Below, one piece after another: positions 13,451 to 26,584 of a DNA stretch of 64,000 bases (position 1 is the first letter of the stretch; each line of letters begins with the position of its first letter). The translations under genes and the position numbers were made by a program. Under the pieces are notes generated by a model. It made no database searches, was not told the DNA's origin, and saw only the letters and a list, made by a program, of their open reading frames with translations. Source of the DNA: Chlorokybus atmophyticus. Taxonomy: Eukaryota > Plantae > Mesostigma and Chlorokybus algae. The stretch is taken from assembly GCA_009103225.1 (NCBI GenBank), contig RHPI01003369.1:146911-210910 (forward strand). The letters are read 5' to 3'.

Positions 13451-14767
13451 AGGAGAGAGAGTCAGTAACTCTGTGTGTCAGTGTGTCTGTGAGTCAGTGA
13501 GTCTCTCCAACTTGCGTGCGTGTCTCGTGAACAGCGGATTGCACCAATGCTGCCCGCTGTTCGACTTGCCTGCTGCTGTACTGCTTGCCTACCTCTGCGC
13601 CTCCTGTTAGAGCGTGCACTCAAAGTGAGTTTCGTCAATGCAGGTGCAGACGCAGGCGCGACAGCACCAATCCCCATCAGTGCAGTGGCTGCTGCGCTGA
13701 CCGTCGTGACACCTATCATCTTGAGGGTGACTGTGGAGGTTCATCTGCCTGCCACATACTTGTGGCGCGCCTCCTATATGGCGCGCCTCCTGTGGCATAC
13801 GGCCAAGTGGTGGCGACAGTGTCCGGGCAGCACGGCCAACCCCCGGCCTGCACCGAGGCCGCTGTGATGTGCCATCTCCGTAGGTACTTGCGGCTTCGTG
13901 ACGGTGGCACCGACGACGGCGATGGCGGTCAGTCGCCAGCAGTATTCCCGTGCACAGCAGTCAGCACCAGAGAGGATGCAGGTACTCACGGCGCCTGGCG
14001 TGTGTTGAGCGGCGAGGACGGGCTGTCGGGGTACGACCCCAAGCTGGTGCACACCAGCTGGGTCCGTCCCGACGTCCTCCGCATCACAGTGGCTCCAGGT
14101 AAGGCGTTGAAACGTAGCAAGTTACGGTTTGAATGATAAGTTGTCAATGCAATGCCAAGCGTGCATTGAGATCAATAACCGACATTGCTATTTTTCTTTG
14201 TTGTGATCTGATTGCAGATGCAGACGCGTTCAGCGAGCTCAGCAAGCTGCGTATCCAGTGGGCAGCCGCGCTGACGCTCTTATGGGGCTTATGGCCCTTG
14301 GGTCCCACTTCCGATAGCCGAGTCATTGCCAGTAGAGTGGCGGCGCTGATCGTGTCGGTGTGGTTTCTCGTCAGTGAGGTCAAGGGGTACATCACACATA
14401 AGCACCCGCCCTTGACACAGAGGTACGTTGTAAGTTACAGTTTGCACATGTAACAGATATGCAATGAGAGAGTTCAACCAAGTCAGATAATGCTTTTGCA
14501 AGTGAAGAAAGCCTTGCATATATTCTTGCATTGTTTGGCAGGTTGAGGCCGTGCCGGCGCATTATGAGATATCACCTTTGCAGCTTCGGACACCGCATTC
14601 CATCCCCTCTGCGGTGCTGCCTTCTCCACACCGAGCCAGACGTGCCCAGTATGGAGTACTCACCGTTTTGGGTTGTCACGGGCTTCAGCTTGCTGATAGT
14701 TGCCGTGGCTGTGAATGTCATGATGAGTTTGCACTTGGCACAGAAGTTGAAAGCCCTGGGGCCATGA
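12910..14767 (+). CDS. Orphan multi-exon membrane protein
   Basis: First exon MAAAAAAAAGASGEDDMRDEHLLVPVQPP|. Later phase-compatible exons ...RITVAP|DADAFSELSKLRIQWAAALTLLWGLWPLG...VAALIVSVWFLVSEVKG...|...FWVVTGFSLLIVAVAVNVMMSLHLAQKLKALGP* carry three hydrophobic segments. The middle exon boundaries are uncertain. Confidence 0.55.
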
Positions 14768-14891
14768 AGTCTCTAGTGCAGCCTAGCTGATCTCCTCTAG
14801 TCGCAGGATCCATGCGTGTCAAGTGCGTTTGTGAGTAGAGGTGGACAGTGGGGGAGGCTAGTTGAGCACACACAGTGCGCTGTCAGCTGTC

Positions 14892-16790
14892 ATGGCGCTG
14901 CCTGCAAGGGTAGCTGTCGTTCTGATAGACGGCCTTGGAGACGTAAGGGACTCCTTTGTAACTCGTCACCATGACAGTAGCTTACATGTTAGCTTCAATT
15001 TTCCATGCATGCGATGCTTGATGCCTCGCTGCTGTCTCAAAGCAGCCACCTTACCTGCAGTGGTTAGCTAACATTCGCCAAGTGTCCGCCACTGCTGCTT
15101 ATAGCCGTGCATGCTTTGCATTCTCATGGTGGCATTCTCAGTCGCACTGTGAGCATGCACACAGTGGTGTGCATTCTACACACTTGCTGTTCTTGCGAAG
15201 ATCCCACAACCAAAAGCCCACTCAAACAAGCAAAGAGATGCTACGGGGATGAAGCAAAGACCGAACCCCTTCACAAGCTGCCCCCACAACAGTAGCTGTG
15301 AACCATGCAGGTGCTGGAGTCAACGGATTGTTGGATCCAGTAGAGCTGGGTTTGGCGTGCGGCAGCAACACTGCACACGTTTCGCTTCTTGGCTATGACC
15401 CTCGCACATACTACTACGAGGGCAGGTAAGGCATTGTAATGAGGAGTGACGTTGGTTTTGTCCGCAAGCGCATACTCTCGTTTCTGCGTGCGCATGTGGG
15501 TGCTATCTGCGTGCGTGTGTCTCGGTGCACGCATGCGTACATGTGCGTGTGCAGGGGAGCGAGTTACGTGCATGTCTGTTTGTAGAAGTTTTCTTGCATG
15601 TGCAGGGGAGCGTTTGAGTCCATGGGTGCGGGCATTCCCATGGCGCCTGCCAGTCCAGTGGAGACATTGCTTTCAAGAGCAACTTTGCACGCATCCATGA
15701 TGCCACCAACATGGTGAGCTGGTTGTGTTGGCATCATCATCCATGATGTTGCTGGGTTAGGGACGCATACCCACAGTGCACGACCAGGTTGTGAAGAGGC
15801 GCGTCGACAGGCAGGTTGAGCACATCAGTCCAGAATTGTGCAAAGGTATGGGCGGGATTACAATTCCAGGCTTCTTGGAGCACAAGTTGAGTGTGTGAGT
15901 GTGTAAGCGTGCGCGTGTGTCTTCATGCACACGCGTGTTGAGTGTTAGCACACTGCACTCTTGTCGCCACGTATGTGTACGTATGTCAAGCTTGTCGCGC
16001 GTGTACTCACCTTCAACAACAACACGTCAGCGTGTAATACGCGACTGAGCTCTGCTGCGGCGTGGTGGTCCGCGGCCCGGCACTGAGCGGCAACATTTCC
16101 GGCACGGACCCACTGAAGGACGTCTCTCCTACTACTAGGTGCGACAGTTGTTGTTGTTGTGGTGGTGGTGATGGTGGTGGTTGGCAACATAACGTACAGT
16201 GCAGCTTGTGGCTTAGCATCTCACATTAGACTGTGTGCGCCTGCTTTGTTTGCATACCCGTTGCTTTGATGCCATGTTTATGTTCTCTTAAAACTGTCAG
16301 GAAGTGTGAGCAAACACAAGCTGCCTTTTCAATGTGCCCTCAGCTAGACGATTCCTCTTCTTCCGCCCAGACGGCAGCATTGGTGCATGCGCTGTCGGAT
16401 GCGTTTCGCGCGGCCCTCTCCAGCCACCCGATCAACCTCACGCGTGCCGCCGAGGGCAAGACGGCCGCCAATGTCGCGGTGCGAGCGCGTACGTGTGCAT
16501 GTGCCTGTGCTTCATGGAATGCGTGTGCGCGCGTGGCTGAATGTCTGTGCGTGTGTGTGTCTATGCGCACACGCACGTACAAGTGCATGAAGCGTATGCC
16601 TGTCTGTGAATATACGCACACATGTGCACGCGCGTCTGCACTTTCCTCCAAACAAGTCACTGCAAATGTGTGTTAGGAGCCCTTCGTTCAAGGTAAAGCA
16701 CAGCTTGAAGGCGAGCATGGTTGCGCCGGCGAAGATCATCGCGAGGTTGGAAGTGTCGCTGGACAAAAAATAATCATAGACGCACCTGAT
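14892..16790 (+). pseudogene. Cofactor-independent (archaeal/apgM-type) phosphoglycerate mutase pseudogene
   Basis: Exons MALPARVAVVLIDGLGD; AGVNGLLDPVELGLACGSNTAHVSLLGYDP; GAFESMGAG..GDIAFKSNFA; YATELCCGVVVRGPALSGNISGTDPLKD; HPINLTRAAEGKTAANV; MVAPAKIIARL. Lesions: 11-nt insertion 15649-15659, in-frame TAA 16035-16037, frameshift near 16770, GSD to GSN, and no recognisable 3' part. Confidence 0.88.
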
Positions 16791-17350
16791 ATGTACACAC
16801 CACGACACCTATGCCTTCCCCATGACCTGACTGCCCAACCAACAATGCATTGGAAAAGGTGCATCGGGCAACTATTGCACGCCGCTGAACGCAAAGGCTG
16901 CAGCAATAGCAGATGCACTAACTGCACCTGGGGGTGACAGCAAGTTACATATACTTAAAGGTCTGCACCTGCATGCTTGAGATGACGCTGTTTGCAGATG
17001 ACGGTGCAACATGCTTGAAGAATTAATGCTTGGTGACTTGGTGTGCAGACAAGGCACATGACTTCGCTTTCCGCCATGTGAAGGCCGTAGACGATGCAGT
17101 AAGCGCACAAAAACACACACATATGGCATGCGTTTGTGCCTGATGGAGTCAAGTTGGGTAATGGTATAGCGGAAACTGCCATAATCTCAACCAACTGGCT
17201 GATGGAAAGGCACATACCATAAGTTGATCGAGCTCTGAATACGCCCAAATTCACGTATGCCCAAAGCCACAACAGCTCTAATGGGTAAACCTGCAGCAGA
17301 ACTGGCTACCAGTTTCTAACCCTACGATGTACAAGCGCAAACAACAGCAC

Positions 17351-20300
17351 CTATATCTCATCCAGCCGCGGCTCATCACCTGCTTCATCATCAGCTGCAT
17401 GCTCCTCCCCATCACTGGCATACCCTACTTCACCCTCATCTTTCCAATCCCCTGAAACAGACGACAATGACAGCATCAGCCCCAACAAACCAAGACAACA
17501 ACTACATACCCTCAACCCAACACCAAAAGAACCCAACCTGCACTCACCCGCTTCATATCCTTCATCCAACCCTCTCCCTTCTTCACCTCCATCACCAACA
17601 TGTCCATTGGCTGGCGCACCCGCACCTCCTCCATGTTTCTGCTTCTTGTACATTTCCACAACAACGTCGGGTCCGGTAGCGTTGTCGGGACCCTTGTCTT
17701 CGCGCACGCCAACAAAGCGAGGGAAGCGCAATCCCAACCCGCGGGACTCGTGGAGCCAACCAACAGCGGCCTTGTGTACAGGGGAGAGAGTCAACTCTGC
17801 ACAGGAGAGGTGAGAGTTGGTTTGTCGGCAGTATGGTGTTGTTGTGTCATTGGTTGAGGTCGTAAAAGGTGTAAAAAGGTATAACACTTGCCTGCGCCGC
17901 GTATTTCCCACACTTGGTCGGGCGGTAGCCACACGTCACAGACCTCGTCAGTGCGGTAGTAAGGACTAGGCCGGTCGAGCAATCGCTCCTTGTAATGCTG
18001 TGTAATCTGCTTACCAGGCCAAGATTTGTATCTGAAGGCTGTTGAACACATTCCTCACACACACACACAGTCTTCTACACACCTTTTGGTAGAAAGCATC
18101 CGAGAATCCGCTCATCACTCGACACAGGGACTGATACTCCTCTTTGTCCGGGTCCCACACCGCGACGAGGAAGGGTGAGAACCAGCCGGCCTTGCGACCA
18201 TTACCCCACCAAGCACCGATAGGCACCAAATCGAGGGTGTCGTGCAAACCCGAGACATAATCACGCTTCACCTGCCAAGCAAAGGATGCTTTCGATCATG
18301 CAATCAATAGTTGTACACCATAATCACGCTTCACCTGCCAAGCAAAGGATGCTTTCGATCATGCAATCAATAGTTGTACACCACTATCTAATGTATACCC
18401 TTTTGCACACACCTTTAGCCAGCGGTCAGAGCGTTTGCTCGGTTCATAAGAGGACTCCTCATCCAGAGCCTTGCACATGATGCCTTCGCACCGCGAACCC
18501 AACGCCTTGTGCAAGAAGGCCTCAACCTTGTCACTGGCTTCATCAGGTGCCACATCCCCTTCGACCTACACCCAAAACCAATCAACTCCAGCAATCCCAA
18601 CACCACACACACACCCACACCCACACACACTCACTGTCATCTGATGTGCAAACTCCAGGTATCCCTCCCGTCTATTGGGGAAAGCTTTGTCAAATGTGTC
18701 GCGGCGGGAGCGGAGAGACTCGCGCACGAGCGGGGAGCCGTTCACCGCCAGCACATCGAACACAAACACGCACACGGAGACTTTTATCTCAGAGAGGGTT
18801 ACGGCCACGCGAGAACGGGTGCTGAGCTCCTGGGTGAGAATGTGGGTCAAACCCAACTAGTTGATTGTGTATGCAAGTACTCGAGTCAAACACTAGTGCA
18901 CTCACTTGGAAGGAGAGCAAGTTGTTGTTGTTGGTGCGGTCGACGGCGACGAGCTCGGCATCGATTATAAGAGAAGAGGCACCTGGAGAGAAAGAGTTGT
19001 GTTGCAGTTGAAGTGGAAGCGCGACTTTACTTGTGCGTCTCCCAAGTTGGAGCAGGACTTTGCCACACATGTGGATTGGTTGTCGATACCCAACACAATA
19101 CCAACATACCGCCCGCAGCGGCGGTGCGCACAATGTCCGCCACGTCCGGGAACCTCGCCGATGTGTCGCTGAGGTTGCGCGAGAAGACCTTCACTTGCGC
19201 ATTGGGCAGGAGGTGTATCTGTGTGAGGGCAGTGCAACGCATGCATCAGCACAAAAGGCTTTATCACAACAGAAGCGCACTAACCAACGGTTTTTGGTAG
19301 CATACAGTGCAGCAAATAAGGCGTCACATGAACATAAGCTGAGAATGTTTGTTGTTATGTATGTATGCTGTACCTGTGCTCGCTGGCCATCGTACTTGTA
19401 CTCGCACGTGAACGCTGAGTTAGCAAACTGCTTGAGGACTTCAGGTATCCCAGAAGTAATCTTCGCCAGCATCGGCTTGATGGGCGTACCTGTTTGATAC
19501 CAGATATCAATATACCACAATCAATGTTATAGAAAATCAACGCTTGCACATGCCTGCAGTCAGTACAGCTGTCTCCGATATCGCCTGCGGCCCTTGCTTC
19601 ACCAGCATCGGCACGAGGATATCGAGATTAGGGCAGAGACTGTACGCTTCCGTAAGGGCGAGGCTGGCCGATTGTATCTCCATCTGCATACCAACATCAA
19701 CATCAACGACACTCAAATCTACAACAAAGCAGTTGTATGTACTCACCTGTAAGCTGGACGGTGATATCGGAGCGCCTCCGCCGTGTTGATGCATAACAGC
19801 CGCCCGCGCAAGCGCCGGCAGCACCGATTTCAGCACAGCGCCAATGCGCAGGTGCTGCACTAGCGTGCGCACGACGTACTGCGGCTCGCGCTCCCGACAC
19901 GCGCGCAGAAGCTATGTGAAAAGTAGTGTTGGCAATTGACAATTAACGGGAAGAGAGGTGGCGATGTGCTCCAACCTGAAGCACGATGGCTTTCTTGCGT
20001 TCGGCGCTTCCGCTCCCGCTCTCTTTGCTGATCTGGCGCACGGCTTTGTAGACTTGACGTATGCGCAGCGGAGGGGGGGACATAAGCATTCTTTGTGTCT
20101 GCCTGCAAGCCTGTGTGGAATGACAAGTGGTCAACACATCAGCACCACGCCGTGCGCACACACACGCACGCACGCACGCGCGCGCATGTATCCATTCATC
20201 CACTGGCTTTTGCAAAATGTTGGGATGCACCTGTCATCCCCTACCTGTGCAACATCCCCCAAGTCGCCCTTCTCCACATACAACTCCCGCAAGCGCGCAC

Positions 20301-23300
20301 GCGCCACACCTGCAAGCGTGTCAGTTACACACCCACATCTCCGGCAACAACTTGTCTAACACGCAACATTTGCAAGCAGCTACATAACCTGTTGCCTCAG
20401 AGATTGCTGCCGCAACAGTAGAGCCCCCGATGTTGAGTTCATGACTTTCAAAGTCAGGCGCAACTTTATTGATGGTGAGATAAACTGCCGGTAGCACATC
20501 ATCCGGCGAGAGCGCCAACAAACTACACAACAAATGTAAGTATCACTTTGCGCAACCCAACAACCAGTGTTGCATACCAACCTCCTGAACATGTTGGTGA
20601 GAATGTCCGATATCTTCAACCGGCCTCGTATCTGCTCGATAGCTTCAAACGCGCGTGAAAGATGCAAATAAGGTGCAGCTTCGACCTCTTTCCAACATGC
20701 GTGCGCGACGGGATCATATTTATCTAACGGCAGCGTGACAACATTGGCATCAACCACATCAAGAGTGGGTGTAACCACCTTCCCAACAACATGTTCCTTC
20801 CCAATAACACGTTCTTCCTCTGATGCAGGAGCAGCCATGTCCACCTCTCTGTTGTCTTCACACATAACACTTCTACCAGCATCAACATCATCACCCGTGC
20901 CAGAGTTGTTCGGTGCGTTTGTTGGAACCTCCAACACACGCTGTTGGTTGGTATAGTACATATCAGCCGCGCGCTGCACGTCGCCACGCGCCTGCGTGAG
21001 CAACAGCGTAACCTCATCCTTGTCGGCAACAGGAACAATCGCCTTCAATCGCTCACACGCATCGTCATGAGGGCTTTTTGACTCAGTTTTGGACTCAGTC
21101 TGGGCTTGCGGCTTGCCCTTTGTGCCAAAAAACTGGCTGATTTTGGCCTGGCCTTTGCTCGCATCAGTGCTGCGTGCCTTCTTAGCAGAGTTGTTGCTGT
21201 TGTTATTGGCTAAGGATTTCCTGGGTCTCTTTTCGGGTGTTGTTGTCGTTGTTGGTTTGACGTTTGTTGTTGCCTTGTCGTAGAACATAGCCACAGCTGT
21301 GGCGACATCAGCGTTGCTTCTTTTCAACAATGACTTGACTTCTGCGATTGATACGCCCATAGGTAGAATAGCCTGAAGCTGTTGAAGCTTCTCATCAACA
21401 ACAGGCTTGACTCCTTTCTCTCCATTCTCTTCTTGTTGGGTTTGAGAGGAATTTTTCCCATCACCAGCACATGAAGCGTTAATGTTGGTAGCAACATCAT
21501 CATCATCATTATCATCAGCTTCTGTCTCCATGGCCAGCAAGCCCTTCAGCTTCGGTGCGGTGTCACGCAACCGTAAGGTTGGCTTTGTCTGTTGCTGCTG
21601 CTTGGGTGTGACAGAAGGTTGTATTGTGGTTGGAGCAACAACAGTGCTTGATGCAACTGGGCTGCGGCCTGAAGTCATTGGCTCTTCATTATTATCATCA
21701 CCAGCACCATCATCGTCATCATCAGCTACACCGCCTTTGCTGTTACTGTTGTCGGCTGCTATAGATGTGGATGCTCCAAATGAACGCAAGAATCGCTGCT
21801 TGCTGCAGTGGCACAGACACAAACCCTCACCTTCAAGGTTAATGATGCAATGTTGAGCAATTGTGGGAAGTTCTGTTAGTACACTCACCTGGCTGTTTGG
21901 TCTATGAGAGCAGTGAAGTACTTGAGCTGATTGGCGCTGGCTTTGTCCTCACCAGGCATGCCTTCAACACCAACCTACGGGGGGGCATGACACTGCTTTA
22001 TGTTGTCTCACACACGCGCGCGCCAAAGCAAAAACGCACTGCTGCTTGAGCACAAAACAACCAACAATGCAACATACCCACCGTAGGGATGATGCGAGCA
22101 GGCCGCAGGAATGCCACATACTCGCGCAGCTCGTCGTAGTTGGAGTGCTCGCTGTAGGGCACCTGCGCATGGGCACTCACTATCACACCATGCACAATCG
22201 CAGGCAGTGAACTTCCGATGTAGCTGTCACTGCATACCAGATGAAGGAAGCAGTTGCCCTTCTCTCGTGTTGCAAAAGCCTTGCGCTTCATCTCGTAAGT
22301 CCTGAAGTGAGTAAAGGTAAATACAGTGCAAATGTCAAGCACAGCTTCCGTTTGTTTCCACGTGGCTCGCTGTCGCCTACATGCGCACACAGGCACACGT
22401 GTGTACACGCACACGCACATACACAAAATGTCTCTCACCAGCCAGTTGGCACAAAACCTACAGCTTTGTCATAGCCGTGCTGAGCCATGTACTTCTCCAT
22501 CTCCGTCCAGTTGGGCCGGAAGTAAGGCCAAGCCTGCTCAAGAAAACGAGCATGTGATAAAACAACTTACCAGACACGCACACACATACACACACGCAAC
22601 CACACCTCGCCAAGGTAGTTCCACGACACCACGTGCACGGGCGTGGCTGCAGAATCTGTCGTGAACACGTGCATGTTGGGCAGCTGCAAGCACTCCAGTG
22701 TAGACAGTTTTTTCTGCCCAACCCAACATATCAATACACCACATGACCGAGCAACACTGGAACAAACCCACATAACTGCATACTCACCTGGTCAACATGC
22801 ACAAGACAACCGCAGCGCTCTGCAACAGCAGACAAAATCTTCTCTTTGCCAATGACATACCTGTGAGCACGAACATGCTTCAGGCTGAAAAGCATGAGTA
22901 ACAAACTCTATTACATTGTGTACAGCTGTTTTTACACTCACGTTGCAATGAGAAACAGCGTCTTTTCATCTGGGATCTCCTGCATCGTTCTGTGAATGAC
23001 CTCAGCAACGTACTCCACCGACACGGACTGCGGCGGGAACACGTACTTGGGGTTGCAGTACGTCGTGTCTAGGAACAAGTCATCCACCTGTGACGCATAT
23101 GCTGCATGTAAGGCACTGTTGGGACTCATGTCCACAACAAGTATAAAAGACGCATGCAGTAAGCACTCCTTACCTGGCCGGCGCACTGCGCGAGGTGTTT
23201 GTTCTCCTTCATCGCGGGTGAGTACCTCATGTCGCTGTGTGTGGCAAAGAGGGATGCTGATGAGTTGTTACACACACATGTGCTTAATTGCATGTGCAAG

Positions 23301-24291
23301 TGGCCACATTTGCGTACCCGCAATGCACATGAGTAACAATGCGGTCGCCTTCGGGCACCTTGAAGATGAACTGTACGGCTCCCGGGCAGTGGTTGGCATC
23401 TAACACCCGACACAATGTGTAAGCTAGAATTACAAGGGCTGTTGCTTCAATCAAGTGCACGCAACGTATTTGCTAAATAGCAGTCGCGAGATGTACACAT
23501 ACGGATGCGAGAAGGCACGTGTGTGCGTGGATGCCTGCAGGGACACGTGCGCGCGCATGTGTGCATGCGTGCGCATATCTGCGCGTGTAGCACACACGGG
23601 TAGGTGCGCGTGCGTATGTGGGTGCGTGCAATGTTGTTGTTGCTCTCTTAATCTCTTAGTCTCTTGCTTGCATGCAACTCATCTGCTGCTTACCGACGAG
23701 CGTGACTCCCACCCCATCCACATCGACCCCCTCGTCCAGCGGCAATGCATGTATAAACTCCGGTCTCACGCCGAGGTTGCGCGCCAGCAGCTTCGCAGTT
23801 ATGGCGGAGCAGTAGATTGGCCCGCGCTGCCATGTGTCGCTGATGCCTGGGCACACACAACCAACTGCTTAGCATATGCTGAGATACAGGTGGCACAGTG
23901 CTGTTGAAATCAAGCACGAATAGCGCGCAAGCACACCACAAGTCTACATGCATGCAGCACTGTGAGCGACGTGTGCAGGACTGAAAATAATAAGATGGAG
24001 CTCACAGCATACGGTGTATGCGTGTGTAGTATCAAGCAATACTTTGAGAGCACCAATCATAGTAGCTTAATTAGGGTTTCGGTGGTGAGTAAGCTCCAAG
24101 TCAGTAGGTTAAATGATTGCCTTGCCTTCATAGTGGTCGCTGTGGAAGTGGCTAAGGAAGTATACCAGTCCCGACGCCGTTCCCGCCGCGGCAGCGTGGG
24201 CGTGTCGGAATCCATCCACCACAATGCGCGTCCCCGGTATGCGCTTATGCTGCGCGACAGCGCTCAGTGCCGCCGCCGCCGAGGCATCCAT
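17351..24291 (-). CDS. LIG6: DNA ligase VI (SNM1-type metallo-beta-lactamase/beta-CASP domain, UBA-like linker, ATP-dependent ligase)
   Basis: More than 20 phase-compatible exons with motifs [41 protein letters not shown], active-site [26 protein letters not shown] and LRFPRFV. No internal stop found in the reconstructed mRNA. Confidence 0.95.
18256..18383. repeat. Perfect 63-bp tandem duplication over a LIG6 splice acceptor
   Basis: Unit cataatcacgcttcacctgcc...gttgtacac at 18256-18318 and 18319-18381. Confidence 0.95.
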
Positions 24292-26584
24292 GCCATGCCC
24301 CCGTGCGTGCCTCGCATGCCACGTACCTCCGGATGCACCTTTGTCCTAGAGGTGGCCCAACATCATCAGACTGGTTGTCCCAGGGAACAGTCGCAGTCGG
24401 GGGACTCTGCGTTGCGCTCTCAGAAACACTGCGACAGTGCGGCTCGACACAGGGGACATGCAGGACGTAGGCCTACCGGTAAATGTGGCAAAAATCATGC
24501 CATTACATACAATACACACTTGGGTTACTTCCGTTAATTCACAAAGGCTTCGGGGCAAGATCAACTCAAATTGTCGTCGCGTCAACATGAATTATTCAAC
24601 ATCAAGTCGGCAACTTGCGGGCCGCAAGCGCTTGCAAAACTTCAAGCATTGCGTGTATTCAAGCTTATACTACAAGCAAATGTGCATGTTATGACTAACG
24701 TTAACATGTATATCAAACATGTTATAAAGTCATAATCATGGGTTTAAATTGAATATATCTCACGAGTTGATGCGGTGGTAATTGCTCTTGCGTGCATTCA
24801 AAAAAACCATTATGATAATAAAACCATTATTTGACCATACCATGCTGGTTTGTTGAACATCCATAATGGCCGGCATGGTTTCATAAAAGCATACATACAC
24901 GCGGACATGTATATCATAATGATTGCGCACATGTAAATGAATGGAGTAGCATGTGCTGATCCAATCAACATATGTTTAATTTGTTAGCATTTACGCTAGC
25001 TGTTGAGTGATCATTGACGTGACATATGAACAAATAAGCTGCTCGTCACTCTCACGAGTTCAATACTTAATAAGCTTGAGCTTACAATGGCATATCACAA
25101 ATGTCCCGCATGCGATGAGCGATAGGGCAAGGTGACGCTAATGTCAATGATCACGAACGGAGCGGGCTTGCGGGCTTTATCAGTAAACTGGAAGTCATTT
25201 GCGAGTCAAACTGTTAAAGTCTGCCCTTCAAACCCACCACCATCACCATCACGACCACACGAGCATACCAACCTACTACTTACCAACAAAGTACCAACAA
25301 CATACAATTACGATTGACAACTTAGATGCTGCAATAGCACGCATCTTCGCTGAATGTAGTCCATGCCTTGGGTGGCTAGTGCTTAATGTGCCACCAACTT
25401 ATCGACTACAGGTGCACCTGCATTGCGCAACTCCTCCTTTGTGGTGGGTGCAACCTGTGGCAAGTCTCCATCACCATTCCATAAAAATTGCACGATACGG
25501 TTGTCAGGGGTCAAACCGTTGAACAAACTGCGCTTGACATTATCAGTCCACAATGCTGATGTCGCGGTCTTGTCGCGCGGTTGTCTCCCTCATGAAGGTG
25601 CATATTTGCTGCAAGAGGTGCGTTTGCTTAGCGACGGCTTGCTGGAGCTGCTCCAGCATTTTGGTTTCATCTGCGAGACTTGCTTGCACGTTGGCTATCA
25701 GGACAAGCGTGGCATTTTGCATTTCCTGCATATCACGTTGGCCTTGCAGCAACTTCTGCAGGACCTGAGCATCTAGTTCTTGGGCTGGCCGTCTTCACCA
25801 CCTGACCCCTGTCGTTGCGAGTCGCATCGTCCACTGTGCGGAACCTCTGTTTTGCAGACATGTCACCAGGTGGCGCAGCCATGCCTGCATACAGACTGTT
25901 GATCAGTGCCTACACAGTATAATGCAAGGGTTGTTATTGGGCCTGCTGTTTCTGTGAGACGTTAGTGACAGATTGGCTGGCGGGTGCGTAATGTTGCTTA
26001 CAACACACAAATCACTAGCATTATCCCCTTCGATGAGTCACAAGCAGCTTCAAATATACCCAACAGAAACACACCCACAGCATGCTTTGTTGTCAAAGTG
26101 TGCGCGCAGGTTGACACGGTTCACAAGAGCACAACTCTCGTAATCCCAGAACCAAAGCCTTGTTCTCAATCGCAATACTCTTACCATGATCTTGGAACTA
26201 CCTACAATTGTTTCTGCTGCAAGCAATGATGCCAACGGCCTTCATGTTTAAAGTAATTTGCGGTGCATGTACACTGTTGAGAATGTTGAATTCTGTCGCC
26301 TTCGTGATGAGTTGCATTGCTGACCTAAGCTGGCGCATAGGGTGTGCAGCTGGGCAGCTGGCGAAGGCAACACGTGCGGATGCGTCCCCCAAGACAACCA
26401 AGAAGCTGGTATCCGTCCTTCCGTCCGTCCGTCCAGCTCACTCCCCGCACCACACGCCGCCGCCGCCCCTGCAAACTGCTCCTGCCCTTGGTCCTCGCAC
26501 GTGTATTGTGCTTCATTCATTCATTCATTCATTTTGCAAAGAGATGTGCACAGCACGCGGAGGGAGCGTTGTTTGCAGGTTGAC

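Noticed and set aside
25543-25780. Coiled-coil-like ORF ELDAQVLQKLLQGQRDMQEMQ...
   Set aside because: Bounded upstream by an in-frame stop with no linked exons. Possibly a relic, but unsupported.
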